A stretch of 64,000 bases of DNA, from assembly GCA_963821525.1 (NCBI GenBank), contig CAWGED010000005.1, positions 576,001-640,000 of the forward strand, read 5' to 3'. Each line of letters starts with the position of its first letter. Positions within the stretch are counted from its first letter, which is position 1. Both the position numbers and the translations under genes were made by a program. The notes beneath the pieces were generated by a model. The model searched no databases, had not been told where the DNA came from, and saw nothing but the letters and a program-made list of their open reading frames with translations. The stretch comes from an uncultured Gemmatimonadales bacterium. GTDB taxonomy: Bacteria; Gemmatimonadota; Gemmatimonadetes; Gemmatimonadales; GWC2-71-9. Of this stretch, positions 22,970 to 34,500 are shown piece by piece.

Positions 22970-23744
22970 GTGATTCCGATCACCGGAACTCGATCCCTGC
23001 TGCTGCTCTCGCTGTCGGCCGTCTTATGGTCGGTGGGGTGCGGGCACGAGGGACGTGCCGCGGCGAAGGTGCCGCGCGGTGCGCGGAAGGCGCCGGTTGA
23101 ATCGGTGGCAGAGCGGCTGAAAGAGATCGATCACATTGGGCCGACGGCGGCCAAGGATCACGCCGCGCGCGCCAATCTGGGACGAGGTTTGCACGATCCC
23201 CGGCGACTCGGTGCGGGACAGGCGGCATACTGGCTGAGCAAGGCGGGCGCCGAGGCGGTTCCTATTCTCGTCACCGCTCTGGCGGACACCAACACGAGAT
23301 GCCCGCGTGGCGGCGCCTACGCTCTCGGTCTCATGGGCGCATCGGCGGCACCGGCAGTGCCCGCGCTCACCCGCCGGCTCGGGGAAACCAGCGATACGCT
23401 GGCGAACATGTCGGACTGGGCGCTCAGCCAGGTCGGGGGGCCCGCGGCAAGGGCGGCTTCATCCCGTTGCTTCGCGACCTGCGTTACGGCAACGCCTTCG
23501 ATCGAGCCGAGCGCCGCACGACAGTTCTCCCTCTACGGCGACGCCTCGGCCGTCGCGATTCCGCTCCTGGCGCGCATGCTCGAGGACCCCGACCCGATTG
23601 CAGCTCAAGCGGCGGCGGACGCGCTGGTGCGCATCGGCCCCCGGGCTTCTCTCGCCGTACAAGCGATGCTGAACAGTCCCAACGCCGTCGGCACGTCTTC
23701 GCGCGCTGCTGGTCCTCAGCCAGATGCGGACTTCCTATTTCTGA
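22970..23744 (+). CDS. HEAT-repeat lipoprotein, frameshifted
   Basis: Lipobox SVGC; repeats AVPILVTALAD, AVPALTRRL, AIPLLARMLED..AADALVRIG. Confidence 0.7.
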
Positions 23745-23749
23745 TTCGC

Positions 23750-25414
23750 CTCGAGGCACGAACGCGATCGCCGCAGGCCTGCTTGCCCTGCATGGGCTGC
23801 TGGCCTGGAGCGTTCGGGTCCCCGCGATCACGGCGGGCAACGATGACGCGGTTTATCTACTGCTGGCGCGCTCGCTCCGGAGCGGGCACTATGTAGATCT
23901 GTTCTACGTCGGCCTCCCCACCCATTCGCAGTACCCGCCGATCTATCCCGGATTCCTGGCACTACTGGGGAGCATCTTCGGTGAGCAGCTGGGCGTCTTT
24001 CTAGTCGCGAACATTCTGCTCTCAATAGTTGCGCTGGCCCTCTTCTTCTCGGTCGCTCGGCGGCGCGACCCGAAGATTGCACTCCTGGCACTCGGAGTTT
24101 GCGCGGTAAACCCGATGCTTTTGGCGATGGCGGGCGCTCTCCGGAGCGAGCCTCTGTGCATGGCGCTTACCGCGCTGGCCCTCTGGCTCGCGGATCGCCC
24201 GGTGGTCAGCACGCGCTTTCGTTTGGGATCTGCCGCTTCCGCGATCGGGGCCGCCCTGAGCCGTTCCGCCTCGGTCACCCTGGTAGCTGCGCTGGCTCTG
24301 CTGTGGGTACTTCGGAGGCAGTGGCGCGCCTTCGCGGCACTATCGGTAGCCGCCGCATTGACGGTCGGTCCCTGGCTGGTCTGGACCGTGGTCGCCCCGG
24401 ACAAGGTCGCCGGGCGTTCCTACATCGCCGATGCGACGCTGCTGACTCCCGCCCCCCAACCGCGCGAAAGCGGGGTGGTGACTCCTGACACGACCCCACA
24501 TTCGGAAGCCCAACAGGTCACGGCCCCATCTCCTCCGGGACTGGGCTCCGCCTTGATCGGCCGGGTGAAACAGAACCTGCCGGCCTATGCTGTCGTGTCA
24601 CTCGGAATCTTGGCAGTTCCGAGCCTGGCCGGTACCCGGGTGGACAACGTGCTTTGGCTGATCGTGATCGTGAGTTTCGGAGCGGTTGGACTCTGGGGAA
24701 TGTGGCGCTGGTGGACCGGGGCGTGTCTCGCGCTACTCTGCCAAGGCGCATTGCTGGCGTTCTGGCCCTACGTCCTCGAGCGATATCTCGTGCCTGTTCT
24801 GCCCCTCGCGATTATCGCGCTGGCCTTCGGGGCCAGCAGGATAGGGACCCTGTTTCCTCGACTCGAAGGGTGGAGTGGTTCTGCCTGCGGCGCTGGCCGC
24901 CGCGATCCTGGCGGGCGCGGCTCCTCTGGTTGGGGGAATGAAGACGAGGGCCTCCGAATGCCGCTCTACTATCCCCGAGCAAAGGTCTCGCTGTGGATCG
25001 CCAGAAGAGCGGGCCTTCTTCGAGGCCGCCGCCTTCATCGCCAGCTCCACGCCGGAGACTGCCCGATTCCTCGCCGCGAAGGAGGGCGCGTTCTATTACT
25101 ACACCCACCGCCAGGTAGTCCCCATCTATGGCGTCCTCGGCGGTGACGTGAAGGACATTCTCGCATACCTAGCCGAGAACGAGGCGGAGTATGTCTTCCT
25201 GAGCCATTTGAAAGTGGACGAGTGGGTGATCACCCGGCCGCTCGAGGCCATCTGTTCCGACCTCGATCTGGTTCACTCCTGGGGAGCGACCACGCTGCTG
25301 CTGCGGGTAGACAAAGGGTGCTGGAAGCAAGGCGACCTGCGAGGCAATCAGTGCCTACGCGCAGGCTCCGTGGGGAAATCGTCTCTTTCGGGCGGTGGAT
25401 CCGCGCTAGGCTGA
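23750..25414 (+). CDS. Multi-TM GT-C/ArnT-like glycosyltransferase; start approximate, frameshift ~24870
   Basis: DDAVYLLLARSL, YPPIYP, LRSE, RYLVPVLP and many TM helices. Confidence 0.7.
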
Positions 25415-27094
25415 CTCGATGCGCGGGCGAGGTGTTTCTTCGCGCGCGTAAGGCGTTTCTTCCCGATTCTCAGACGCGGGGCCTAGAACATCGGACAGCT
25501 CAGCCCGTCTCCGGAGATACATCGTTTCATCCCAGCTGTTCGGCACAGCAACGAATTCGCTGAAGACGATCCAGGTCGAGGTCAGCACTACCGCGGCGGC
25601 GCCAACGACGACCGGAGCGGTACGGGGGACTTGGAGCTCAATTGCCATTGCCAGCGCCAGTGCCAGGATGATGGCAACTACCGAGTGAGGCGACATCATG
25701 AGCCAGCGAGAGCCGGGGGAGGGCAGCTTGAGTGTCACCTCATAGGGTGCCGTTGGTCCGGCGGAGCGCGCGCCAGGCGGCAATGCACTGGTACGGCCAT
25801 TTGGCGAATTGGAGGAGGACAGAGCGCCAGTGGATCCCGCCTTCCCGGCTGCGGGTCCAGGAAGAACCGCCGGCGGAAGAGCCCAACGGTGGCGAGAAAT
25901 ACCATCAAGGCGGCGAGGCAAGCGAGCGGGATGATTCCGAGATAGGCTGGTGAGCGGCCGCTCAAGAGCAAATCGGCAAGTACGGCGTACGCAATCGGAA
26001 TGGTGAAAGCCCGCAGGTAGTAGGCGCCATGAAAGAGGCCGAGAAAGCGATCGGCCAGGGAGAGATCGCCCATCATCCGGGGCAACACGTGGAGCTTGAT
26101 GTCGATGACGCTCCGAACCCAACGGATCTGCTGCCTCAGATATCCATCCCAATCAACCGGCGTCATCCCCAGCGCAAGAATTTCGGGCAGGTAGATCCCT
26201 TCCCAGCGGCTGGCTCGATAGCGCAGAGTAATCAGCAGGTCGTCAGCATCATGCGCCGCAAAGCCGCCCACCTCCATGAGCGCCGAGATGCGCTGGGTCG
26301 TGTGGCTTCCGACCAGGATGGTCTGTCCCAACCCGTAGCTCGCCATCAAGTGGGTCGAATAGTAGGCGTAGCTCTCCTCCGCGGCGCCCTGGGCGATGAA
26401 GCTTGCGTCCTGGTTGTAGTAGACCTGCGGTGCCTGGACGTAGGCGACGAGGGGATCGCGGAAATAGCCGAGGACCCGGGTCAGGTAGCTCTTCTCGGGG
26501 ACGTGGTCCGGGTCGAATGCCGCGAGAATCTGGTATTGCCTGGAACCGATTTGACTGAGCCACGCGTTGTAGTTGCCGTACTTTGTGCCGGTGGCGAATC
26601 GATCCCTCGGTCGCCTGGAAATGGTCATGATGTTTTCGGGAATAGTGCCGGACGCCCAGTCTGCGGCAGAGGGCCGCCACCTCGGGGCTGTCTCCTTCAT
26701 CCAGGACCCAGGTGTCGTGGGGATAGTCCATGGCCCGCATCGCGCGAAGCGATTGGGCGAGCATGTCGATCGACTCGGCGGCTGGAACGAAGGTCGTCAC
26801 CACCGCCACCTTGAGCCCCGGTACCGCAGACACCGGCATCGGGCGGCGCATGCGCCACAGGAAGAGCCAGCGGCCGAACCAGGCTGCCAGATGGTAGACG
26901 AGGAGGGCGGTTGTGACCAGGAAGGCGGCTTCGAGAGCGCCTTGGCGGAACCAGAACCAGGCGAAGGCGGCGGTCGCTGCGAGAGCAAGGATCGTCAAGC
27001 CGATATACAGCTTTTGCTCTCCAGGACTCATGACCGGAGAACTCTCGACCCGAAGCGATTCGGTCGCGGCCATCCTGGCCGACTGCACGCCCAT
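25406..27094 (-). CDS. Cellulose-synthase-like GT2 membrane glycosyltransferase, two frameshifts
   Basis: WVLDEG, KYGNYN, FDPDH, VQAPQVYYN, ADDL and QQIRW (QxxRW) in consecutive frames. Confidence 0.85.
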
Positions 27095-27427
27095 CACCCT
27101 CTTTCGTCCGTGGGGCAGTCGAGATTGTGGCAACAGTGCAACCACCTTGTTGCAGCGCTAGACCGGGAACGACCGACCCTAAAGGTGAGAAGGGCGGGGC
27201 GTTAACCAGGTTGACTCTCGCGGCAATTCCCGCACCACCCGCGCCTACTCTGTCGCCCCGCTTGGCTGAGCATCTATGTTCCGCCTCAAGTGCTTAGTGG
27301 ATTCGACTCTATCCTGGCAGACGCCGTCAACCAACACGCGCCGGTCACCCAAGCGCACAAGCTGGCCGGGGCGTGTGACACCCGCCGAGGCCGGTCTGCG
27401 CCTGTTGACCGGCAGACACAGTTCCGA

Positions 27428-28312
27428 ATGATTGAGCCGACCGAGGCAGCCATAACCCCGCGGAGCTCCGTCGTGGCCGACCTCCGCGCCATCGCCTCCG
27501 ACCTGGTCGAGTTCCGGGAGCTCCTGGTCGAGCTCACGATCCGCGACATCCGGATCCGCTACAAACAGGCGGTGATGGGAGTCTTCTGGGCGATCCTGAC
27601 GCCTCTCGTGTTGCTGTTATCAGGGTGGATTCTCCGCCTGGCTTTCGGTCGCCTCAGCGGAGAGGCTCCCAATGACCTGGCGATGGCGGGGCTGGCCGTC
27701 AAGTCGCTCGGCTGGGCCTTCTTCGTGGGCGCCCTCGGCTTCGGGACGGCGAGCATCACCGCGAACCTGGCGCTGGTGACCAAAACCTACTTTCCCCGCG
27801 AGATTCTGCCTCTCGCATCGGTGCTGACCCAGCTCGTGGATGCCGGCATCGGCACGTTGGCGCTGGTGCTGGCGCTGCCATTCTTCAGTGTTCACCTGTC
27901 CACTGCGTTCCTGTGGGTGATTCCACTGGTCTGCATGCTGATCATGATCACGACCGGGGCCGTGCTGCTCGGAAGCTGTGCCAATGTATTCTTTCGCGAC
28001 GCGAAGCATCTGGTACAGCTGATGCTGTCCTTCGGGATTTTCTTTACGCCGGTGTTCTTCGATCTCGACGCCTTCGGGCCGGTGGGTGTCCGGATTGCCA
28101 TGCTCAACCCGCTGGCGCCGGTCCTCGAGGGCCTGCGGCTCTCAGTGGTGCACGGTCATGACCTGCTCCAGCCGCTCACCTCGGCCCACGGGAATTATCT
28201 GGTCTGGGCTCCCTGGTACCTCGGGTACGCCGCCATCTGGGCCGTCGTTCTGCTGGGAGCGAGTGCCGTGATCTTTCATCGCTCCGAGTTCGTCTTCGCC
28301 GAGTACGTGTGA
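27428..28312 (+). CDS. wzm: ABC-2 polysaccharide export permease
   Basis: RDIRIRYKQ, KTYFPRE, FRD, TPVFF, LNPL motifs. Confidence 0.9.
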   Translation: MIEPTEAAITPRSSVVADLRAIASDLVEFRELLVELTIRDIRIRYKQAVMGVFWAILTPLVLLLSGWILRLAFGRLSGEAPNDLAMAGLAVKSLGWAFFVGALGFGTASITANLALVTKTYFPREILPLASVLTQLVDAGIGTLALVLALPFFSVHLSTAFLWVIPLVCMLIMITTGAVLLGSCANVFFRDAKHLVQLMLSFGIFFTPVFFDLDAFGPVGVRIAMLNPLAPVLEGLRLSVVHGHDLLQPLTSAHGNYLVWAPWYLGYAAIWAVVLLGASAVIFHRSEFVFAEYV

Positions 28313-29508
28313 GGCCGCGATCGGTCGGGCGGGTCGAGTTTGAAGCGGTCTGGAAGAAGTTTCGCACCGGCGAGCTGCACAACCGCCTGCGCGACTTTAT
28401 TCCAGCCATGGTCTCCCGTGCCTTCCGCGGCCGCCCCGCGGACGGTGCGCTCGGGGGCGGGGAGTTCTGGGCGGTTCGTGACGTCACCTTCACGCTGGGA
28501 CCGGGTGATACGCTGGGAATCATCGGGCCCAACGGCGCGGGAAAATCCACCGTTCTCAAGCTGCTCACCCGGATACTACGCCCGACTCATGGCCGGTGTC
28601 ACACCCAGGGACGAGTCGGAGTCCTGATCGAAGTGGCCGCAGGGTTCCATCCCGATCTGACCGGCCGGGAAAACATCTTCCTTCAGGGCGCCATCATGGG
28701 GATGCCACGGAAGGAAATTCTCCGGAAGTTCGACGAAATCGTCGCCTTCTCCGGGGTCGAGTGGTTCCTCGATACGCCGGTCAAACGCTACTCCAGCGGC
28801 ATGCACACCCGGCTCGGCTTCGCCATAGCGGCTCACCTCGATCCCGATGTGCTGATCATTGACGAGGCACTCGCCGTGGGCGACGCGGCATTTCAGCGGA
28901 AGGCGTTCGATCGAATCTCCGAGCTGGCGCGAAGCAACATCCCGGTCGTCGTGGTCTCCCATCAGCTGGAGACCATCGCCCGCCTCTGCACCGAGGCAAT
29001 CCTCATGACCGAGGGTGCGGTAGTCAAACGGGGCACTCCTCAGGAGTGTATCGCTGCGTACCTGGCTGCCGACCAGAACGCCTCCCGCCGCCCGACCCCC
29101 ACCGCCGTGGTCATCGAAGAAGTTCGAGTCGAGCCGGCGGCCGTGCGGTCGGGAGAATGGGCTACCCTCACACTGCATTGCACGGTTTCGGGCCCCGGCC
29201 CGTCAGCATCTGAAAGTGTCGGGGTCCGGATCCGATCGCCCGACAGCGGGCAGCCGGTGTTTGAAACCACGGTGCTGTCGCTGGGGCACGATCTGCCTCA
29301 AACGGGCCGTTTCGCCCTGACCATGGAGCTCCAGCTCAATCTCCCTCCCGGGATCTACCCACTGGAGAGCTTCGTGTGGAACCGGATGGCTGGCCGCGAG
29401 CTGGGTGGCGGCCCCGGCGGTGCGGTGCGGGTAGAAGGGGGCCAGGAATTTCAGGGTCTGGTGCAGATGAATGCCAGGGCTCAGGTCCTTACCTACGGGT
29501 CCGACTGA
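28309..29508 (+). CDS. wzt: ABC polysaccharide export ATP-binding protein with C-terminal Wzt_C domain
   Basis: GPNGAGKST, PVKRYSSGM, DEALAVGD. Confidence 0.92.
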   Translation: MRPRSVGRVEFEAVWKKFRTGELHNRLRDFIPAMVSRAFRGRPADGALGGGEFWAVRDVTFTLGPGDTLGIIGPNGAGKSTVLKLLTRILRPTHGRCHTQGRVGVLIEVAAGFHPDLTGRENIFLQGAIMGMPRKEILRKFDEIVAFSGVEWFLDTPVKRYSSGMHTRLGFAIAAHLDPDVLIIDEALAVGDAAFQRKAFDRISELARSNIPVVVVSHQLETIARLCTEAILMTEGAVVKRGTPQECIAAYLAADQNASRRPTPTAVVIEEVRVEPAAVRSGEWATLTLHCTVSGPGPSASESVGVRIRSPDSGQPVFETTVLSLGHDLPQTGRFALTMELQLNLPPGIYPLESFVWNRMAGRELGGGPGGAVRVEGGQEFQGLVQMNARAQVLTYGSD

Positions 29509-30314
29509 TGGCTGGCCGTGACGGTGCTCACCCGGATTGGGTCGCCTATGAACCGGCCCTGCTGCCCTCCCTCGCCCGCATGGCCTCCGAGGGCATCGGG
29601 GTGCTGGAAGAGTGGTTTCGCTGGGGAGAGGAATGGAGCATGCTGCTCCGGGTGTACGGCAACCTGGGATTCAGCAGGCGGGTTCTGGAGATAGGCTGTG
29701 GGCAGGGCCGGGTGGCGTTTGCGCTGCGCTACATCATCGGTGGGGGGACCTATATCGGGTTCGACATCGATCGGGACAAGATCGAATTCCTCCAGCGCAC
29801 CTTTCACTCCGCACATGCCAACTTTGAGTTCTCCTGGGCCGATGTGCGGAACAGCTTCTACAATCCATCGGGCCGGCTGGCGGCCACCGGTTACCGCTTC
29901 CCGGCGCCGGACCAGTCGCAGGACCTGGTCTTCGCAGCTTCGGTCTTCACCCACATGGTTCCCGAGAACACCGCCCATTATTTCGAGGAATCGGCCCGGG
30001 TGCTGGGTCCTGGCGGGCGTTGTGTGTTCAGCTTCTTTCTGCTGGACAATTACGTCCCCTTCCGGCCGCGCCGTCAGGGTTTCAACAACCCGCGCTTCGA
30101 GTTCAACCATGAGTACGGCGGGCATCGCCAGGACTTCGCGACCGTCGAGCCGTCCGATCCCGAACGGATGACCGCATACCGCCGATCGCTGATTGAACGT
30201 CTCGCCCGGGAGGCCGGCCTTCGCCTGGTTCAGGAGCCCTTGCCCGGCTACTGGTCGGGGGCATTCGACACCTGGATCGGCGCGCAGGACGTCGTAGTGC
30301 TCGAACGCCAATAG
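29508..30314 (+). CDS. Class I SAM-dependent methyltransferase
   Basis: VLEIGCGQGR, SVFTHM, RVLGPGG. Confidence 0.88.
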   Translation: MAGRDGAHPDWVAYEPALLPSLARMASEGIGVLEEWFRWGEEWSMLLRVYGNLGFSRRVLEIGCGQGRVAFALRYIIGGGTYIGFDIDRDKIEFLQRTFHSAHANFEFSWADVRNSFYNPSGRLAATGYRFPAPDQSQDLVFAASVFTHMVPENTAHYFEESARVLGPGGRCVFSFFLLDNYVPFRPRRQGFNNPRFEFNHEYGGHRQDFATVEPSDPERMTAYRRSLIERLAREAGLRLVQEPLPGYWSGAFDTWIGAQDVVVLERQ

Positions 30315-30325
30315 GGTCTCACCCG

Positions 30326-31507
30326 ATGCCCACCGCCGTCCTCGATCTCGACGCCGAGCGGCTCCCCGACGAGATAGCCCTGCCCGCAAGGTACGGCCAT
30401 GCACTGGTGCTCTTTCGCTGGAAGCGCAAAGCGGTCGGCCAGGTCACTCTTGCTGTGCGAGACGGCAGGATCTCGGGAGACAGGATTCGGGATGCGCTGG
30501 CGGAGCGGTCGGCGCCCATCCTCCAGCAATGGTTGCACGATTACCTCGAAAGCGATTTGCGTCCTGCCGTTCCGGCTCTCCCCGCCACCGTTGCGGTTTG
30601 TACTCGTGATCGGCCCGGCGATCTAAGCAACTGTCTCGTCGCGCTTTCCAGGTTGAGGGATCAGGGTCAGGAGATCATCGTCGTGGATAGCGCGTCGCGG
30701 AGCGATCAGACCCAGCAGGTCGCGGCGCAATTCCCCCAGGCGCGCTATGTGAGGGAAGAACGGCCGGGGCTCGATATCGCCCGCAACCGAGCGATGCGCG
30801 AGGCGCGGCATCCGATCGTCGCGTTCACCGATGACGATGCGGAGCCGGATCCCGACTGGCTGTACCACCTCACCCAAGGGTTCGGCGACCGCCGGATCCT
30901 CGCGGTGACCGGTCTGACGATGCCGCTCGAGCTGGAGACACCGGCGCAGGAATGGTTCGAGCGGACCAATGGGTTTGGCCGCGGGTTCACCCGGACTGTG
31001 TATCACGGAACCAGTCACAATCCGTTCCTGGTTGCCCGGATCGGCGCCGGGGTGAATATGGCGCTCCGGCGCGAGACCATGGATGTGGTTGGACTCTTCG
31101 ATGAAGCGCTCGACGCCGGTACTCCGACCCGCTCCGGCGGCGATCACGACATGTTCACCCGGATTCTGATGGCCGGGTATTCGATTGGGTACGAGCCGGC
31201 GGCGCTGAACCGGCACCGCCATCGTCGGGAATGGGAAGGACTGCGGGACACGATCTACGGCTACGGGGTCGGGGTCTACTCGCACCTGACGGGGCATCTG
31301 CTTCGCAATCGCGAGCCGAGGGCGGTGTTGCTCGCGTTGGGGTGGTTGCGGGAACAGATCCCGACCCTGTTCCGCGCCCTCCTGCGGCGACCGGGTCATG
31401 TACCGCTCGATCTGGTGCTCGCTGAGCTTCGGGGCTGCGCCGCGGGTCCACGGGCGTATCTGGCCTCGCGGCGCGCGCTTGCCCGGCGGGGCAGGGAGGT
31501 GGGATGA
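30326..31507 (+). CDS. Glycosyltransferase family 2
   Basis: VCTRDR, VVDS, ARN, FTDDD, GAGVNMA. Confidence 0.9.
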   Translation: MPTAVLDLDAERLPDEIALPARYGHALVLFRWKRKAVGQVTLAVRDGRISGDRIRDALAERSAPILQQWLHDYLESDLRPAVPALPATVAVCTRDRPGDLSNCLVALSRLRDQGQEIIVVDSASRSDQTQQVAAQFPQARYVREERPGLDIARNRAMREARHPIVAFTDDDAEPDPDWLYHLTQGFGDRRILAVTGLTMPLELETPAQEWFERTNGFGRGFTRTVYHGTSHNPFLVARIGAGVNMALRRETMDVVGLFDEALDAGTPTRSGGDHDMFTRILMAGYSIGYEPAALNRHRHRREWEGLRDTIYGYGVGVYSHLTGHLLRNREPRAVLLALGWLREQIPTLFRALLRRPGHVPLDLVLAELRGCAAGPRAYLASRRALARRGREVG

Positions 31508-34500
31508 CTCCACACGGCTCTCGCCCCGACATCAGCGTCATCATCCCCACCCACAACCGTCCCGCATCCCTGCTTCGTCTGCTTCACGCGTTGCAAGGCG
31601 GCTCCTTTCCGGCCAGGCGCTTCGAAGTGGTGGTGATAGCGGATGGCTGCACTGATGACACGGCGGCCGTGGTGCGTACCGTCCCGTGGTCGTTCGCCTT
31701 GCAGGTCCTGGAGCAAGATCCCGGGCGTGGAGCCGGTCCCGCTCGCAACCTCGGTGCGAGCCACGCGAACGGCGATCTGCTGGTATTCCTGGACGACGAT
31801 GTCGAACCGCTACCGGCCCTCCTCGCCGAACATCATCGGGCCCACGCTGAGGCGGGTGTCCCAGCCCTGGTGATCGGCCCGCCGCTCCCGGTCCGGACTC
31901 CGGATTCGAATTTCGATACGATCGGGGCGTGGGCCTGGTGGGAAGGTCAGCTGGCCAGCATGGGAAGGCCGGGACACCGCTTCAGTTTCACGGAAATTTT
32001 CAGCGGCGACCTCTCGATGCCCGCCGACTTGTTTCGGTCCGTAGGCGGCTTCGACGTCAATTTCCCGTGCCGGGAAGATTCCGAACTGGGCATTCGGTTG
32101 ATCAGGGCCGGGGCCCGGGTGCTGTTCGCGCCGGGCGCCGGAGGAATGCATCACGAGCTCCGCGACTACCGTCGTCTCATTCGCCGCAAGCGCGCCGAGG
32201 GAGAGGCGGATGTGCGGCTGGCGCGGCTGCATCCCGAAGTGTGGCCGGAGCTGCGCATTTCGTGGCCCGAAGCGCCGACCTGGAATCCCCTGGGGATTCT
32301 CCGTCGGGCGGCGCTTATGACACCGTGGCTCGCGCACCTGATGGTCCGCGGGCTGGCCAGTACTCTTCCGTTGCTGGAAGGGCTGCACCTGCGGGGCACC
32401 TGGCGGAAGGTGCAAGCCGGCGTGATGTACGGCTGGTACTGGCTCGGCGTCCACGACGGGGTGCGCAGCCGGCGCGGACTCCGGGCACTCGAGAAGAAGT
32501 GCGAGTCGCCTATTCTGCCATCTGCTGAGCTCTTCGAAATCGATCTGGCACTAGGCCTGGACGAGGCGGAACAGCTGGTTGAGCAGACCCGGCCGACTGC
32601 TATCCGCGTCCGGTTTGGGCCGCTCGTGGTCGGGACTCTGGGAGCCAAACCTGGGGTCGAGCCCTTCCGAGGTAAGCATCTGCGTCCGGCGCTCGCCGAG
32701 GAGCTGCCCCAGGCGCTCCTCGCGGCGATGACGACGAGCGCCGCCGCGGGGCACCCCAGGGCCCCGAGGCTCAGGAAGCCCGCCTCCAAGCCGTTGCGGC
32801 CCGTGGTGTCGGTCGTCATCCCGGCGTACAACGCGGCGGGCACCATCCGCGAGGCCCTCGAATCCCTTTCCGCTCAAACCCACGGCGAATGGGAAGCCAT
32901 TGTCGTGGATGACGGCTCCGACGACGCCACCGCCACCATCGTCGAGGAGTTCGCCGCGCACGACTCGAGAGTCCGCCTCCTGCGCCAGCAGCAGTACGGA
33001 CCGGGACCAGCGCGGAACAGGGGCATGGCGGCGGCTCGCCATCATTGGCTTTTGTTTCTCGATGCCGATGACTGGCTCCTGCCGAAGGCCCTGGAGCAGC
33101 TCGGCGACGCGACGTTGTCCGGCACGGTTGACGCGGTGCATGGCGGCTGGGCCCGGGTGGCACGGGACGGCCGTGTGATGGAGACCCACTTCGCACCTTC
33201 CATGACCGATCTCTTCCCGGTTTTTGCCGAGTATTGTGCCTTCCCGATCAATACCTGTCTGCTCCGTCGGGATCTTACGGCAAAGGCTGGAGGATTCGAT
33301 CCTGCATTGCGAAACTGTCAGGACTGGGACTTCTGGCAGCGCATTGCCCGATCGGGAGCCCGCTTCTGGCGCCTCTCAGAGAAAGTCGCCCACTATCGCA
33401 TCCAGGCCCGATCGGGTGCCACCGCGACAGAGCATCTGCTTCCTAATGGTCTGACGATCATAACCCGGGGGCACGGGAGCGACCTTCGGATGCCCGGTTC
33501 CAGGCATGAGAAGGGTGCCCCTGCGGGAGAAGCTGCCGGGCCGAGGCTCCGGTTCGGCGCTTGGGTGGCGGGAATTCTCATCGGGCGCGGAGAATCGTTC
33601 GAGCCGGTGATGCAGGCCCTGAAGGGTGACGCAGCCCCTGGTCTCAACCCTGCCGAGGTCGCCGATAATCTTTTCAGCGCCGTCCCGCTTGGCCTCGGTC
33701 AAACCGCCGACGCGTGGGACGACTTGTGGCCCAGGGTGATTGGGGATCTCTCAGCGTTCCTCACGGTGCTGGAGCGGCAATCGGGCTCCTGGCAGCTTGC
33801 GCGCCGGAGTCTCCTCGCGCTCGAGCGGCTGACGCTGGATACCTCGCGATCGCAGCGTCCCTTCACCCGAGGCCGCACCCACGCCGTTGCCGTAGAGGTC
33901 ACCCGACCGATCGAACAGATTCAGGTGTCCGAGCATGTCGAAAGAGTCCACTGTGCGGTGACGGTGGATGGTGAACGGATCGGGACCGTTCTACTTCCAG
34001 CCTGCGATGGTGTTGTCTCCGCCCGGGTACTGGAGGACGCCATCGCAGCCCGGTTCGTCTGGCCCATCCTTGGCCGGTTCTTCGACGCGACCCTCTATCG
34101 CGAGCTCGAGTTCCGCCGCACCCCTGGTGGGATTCTGATTTGCCGAGACGGGGCGCCACTCGCCGCTCCGATCAGGGACGAGGCGGCGGTCGTGCGGGAG
34201 CGACTCCACGACCATATCGGCTGGACCCTGTTTCTTCAGGAGCTGTGGGGTCTGTCACCGCAGGCAGCGGCGGAGATCGACCAGGAAGGGGGGAGTGGGG
34301 AACAGTCGCCGCGACACCAGGCGGGTTGGAAGGTCGTTGAAGTGAGCGACGAGCTGCCAACGTTCCAGACGCCGGACTCGGCAGTCACCATCGAACCGCG
34401 GGTCGGGGGAATGGGGATGGGACTCATCTCGGTGCCCAGCGAAGGCGGTCGAGTCACCGCCAGCCGTCTGAGATCGGTAATCACGACCGAGACCGGACTC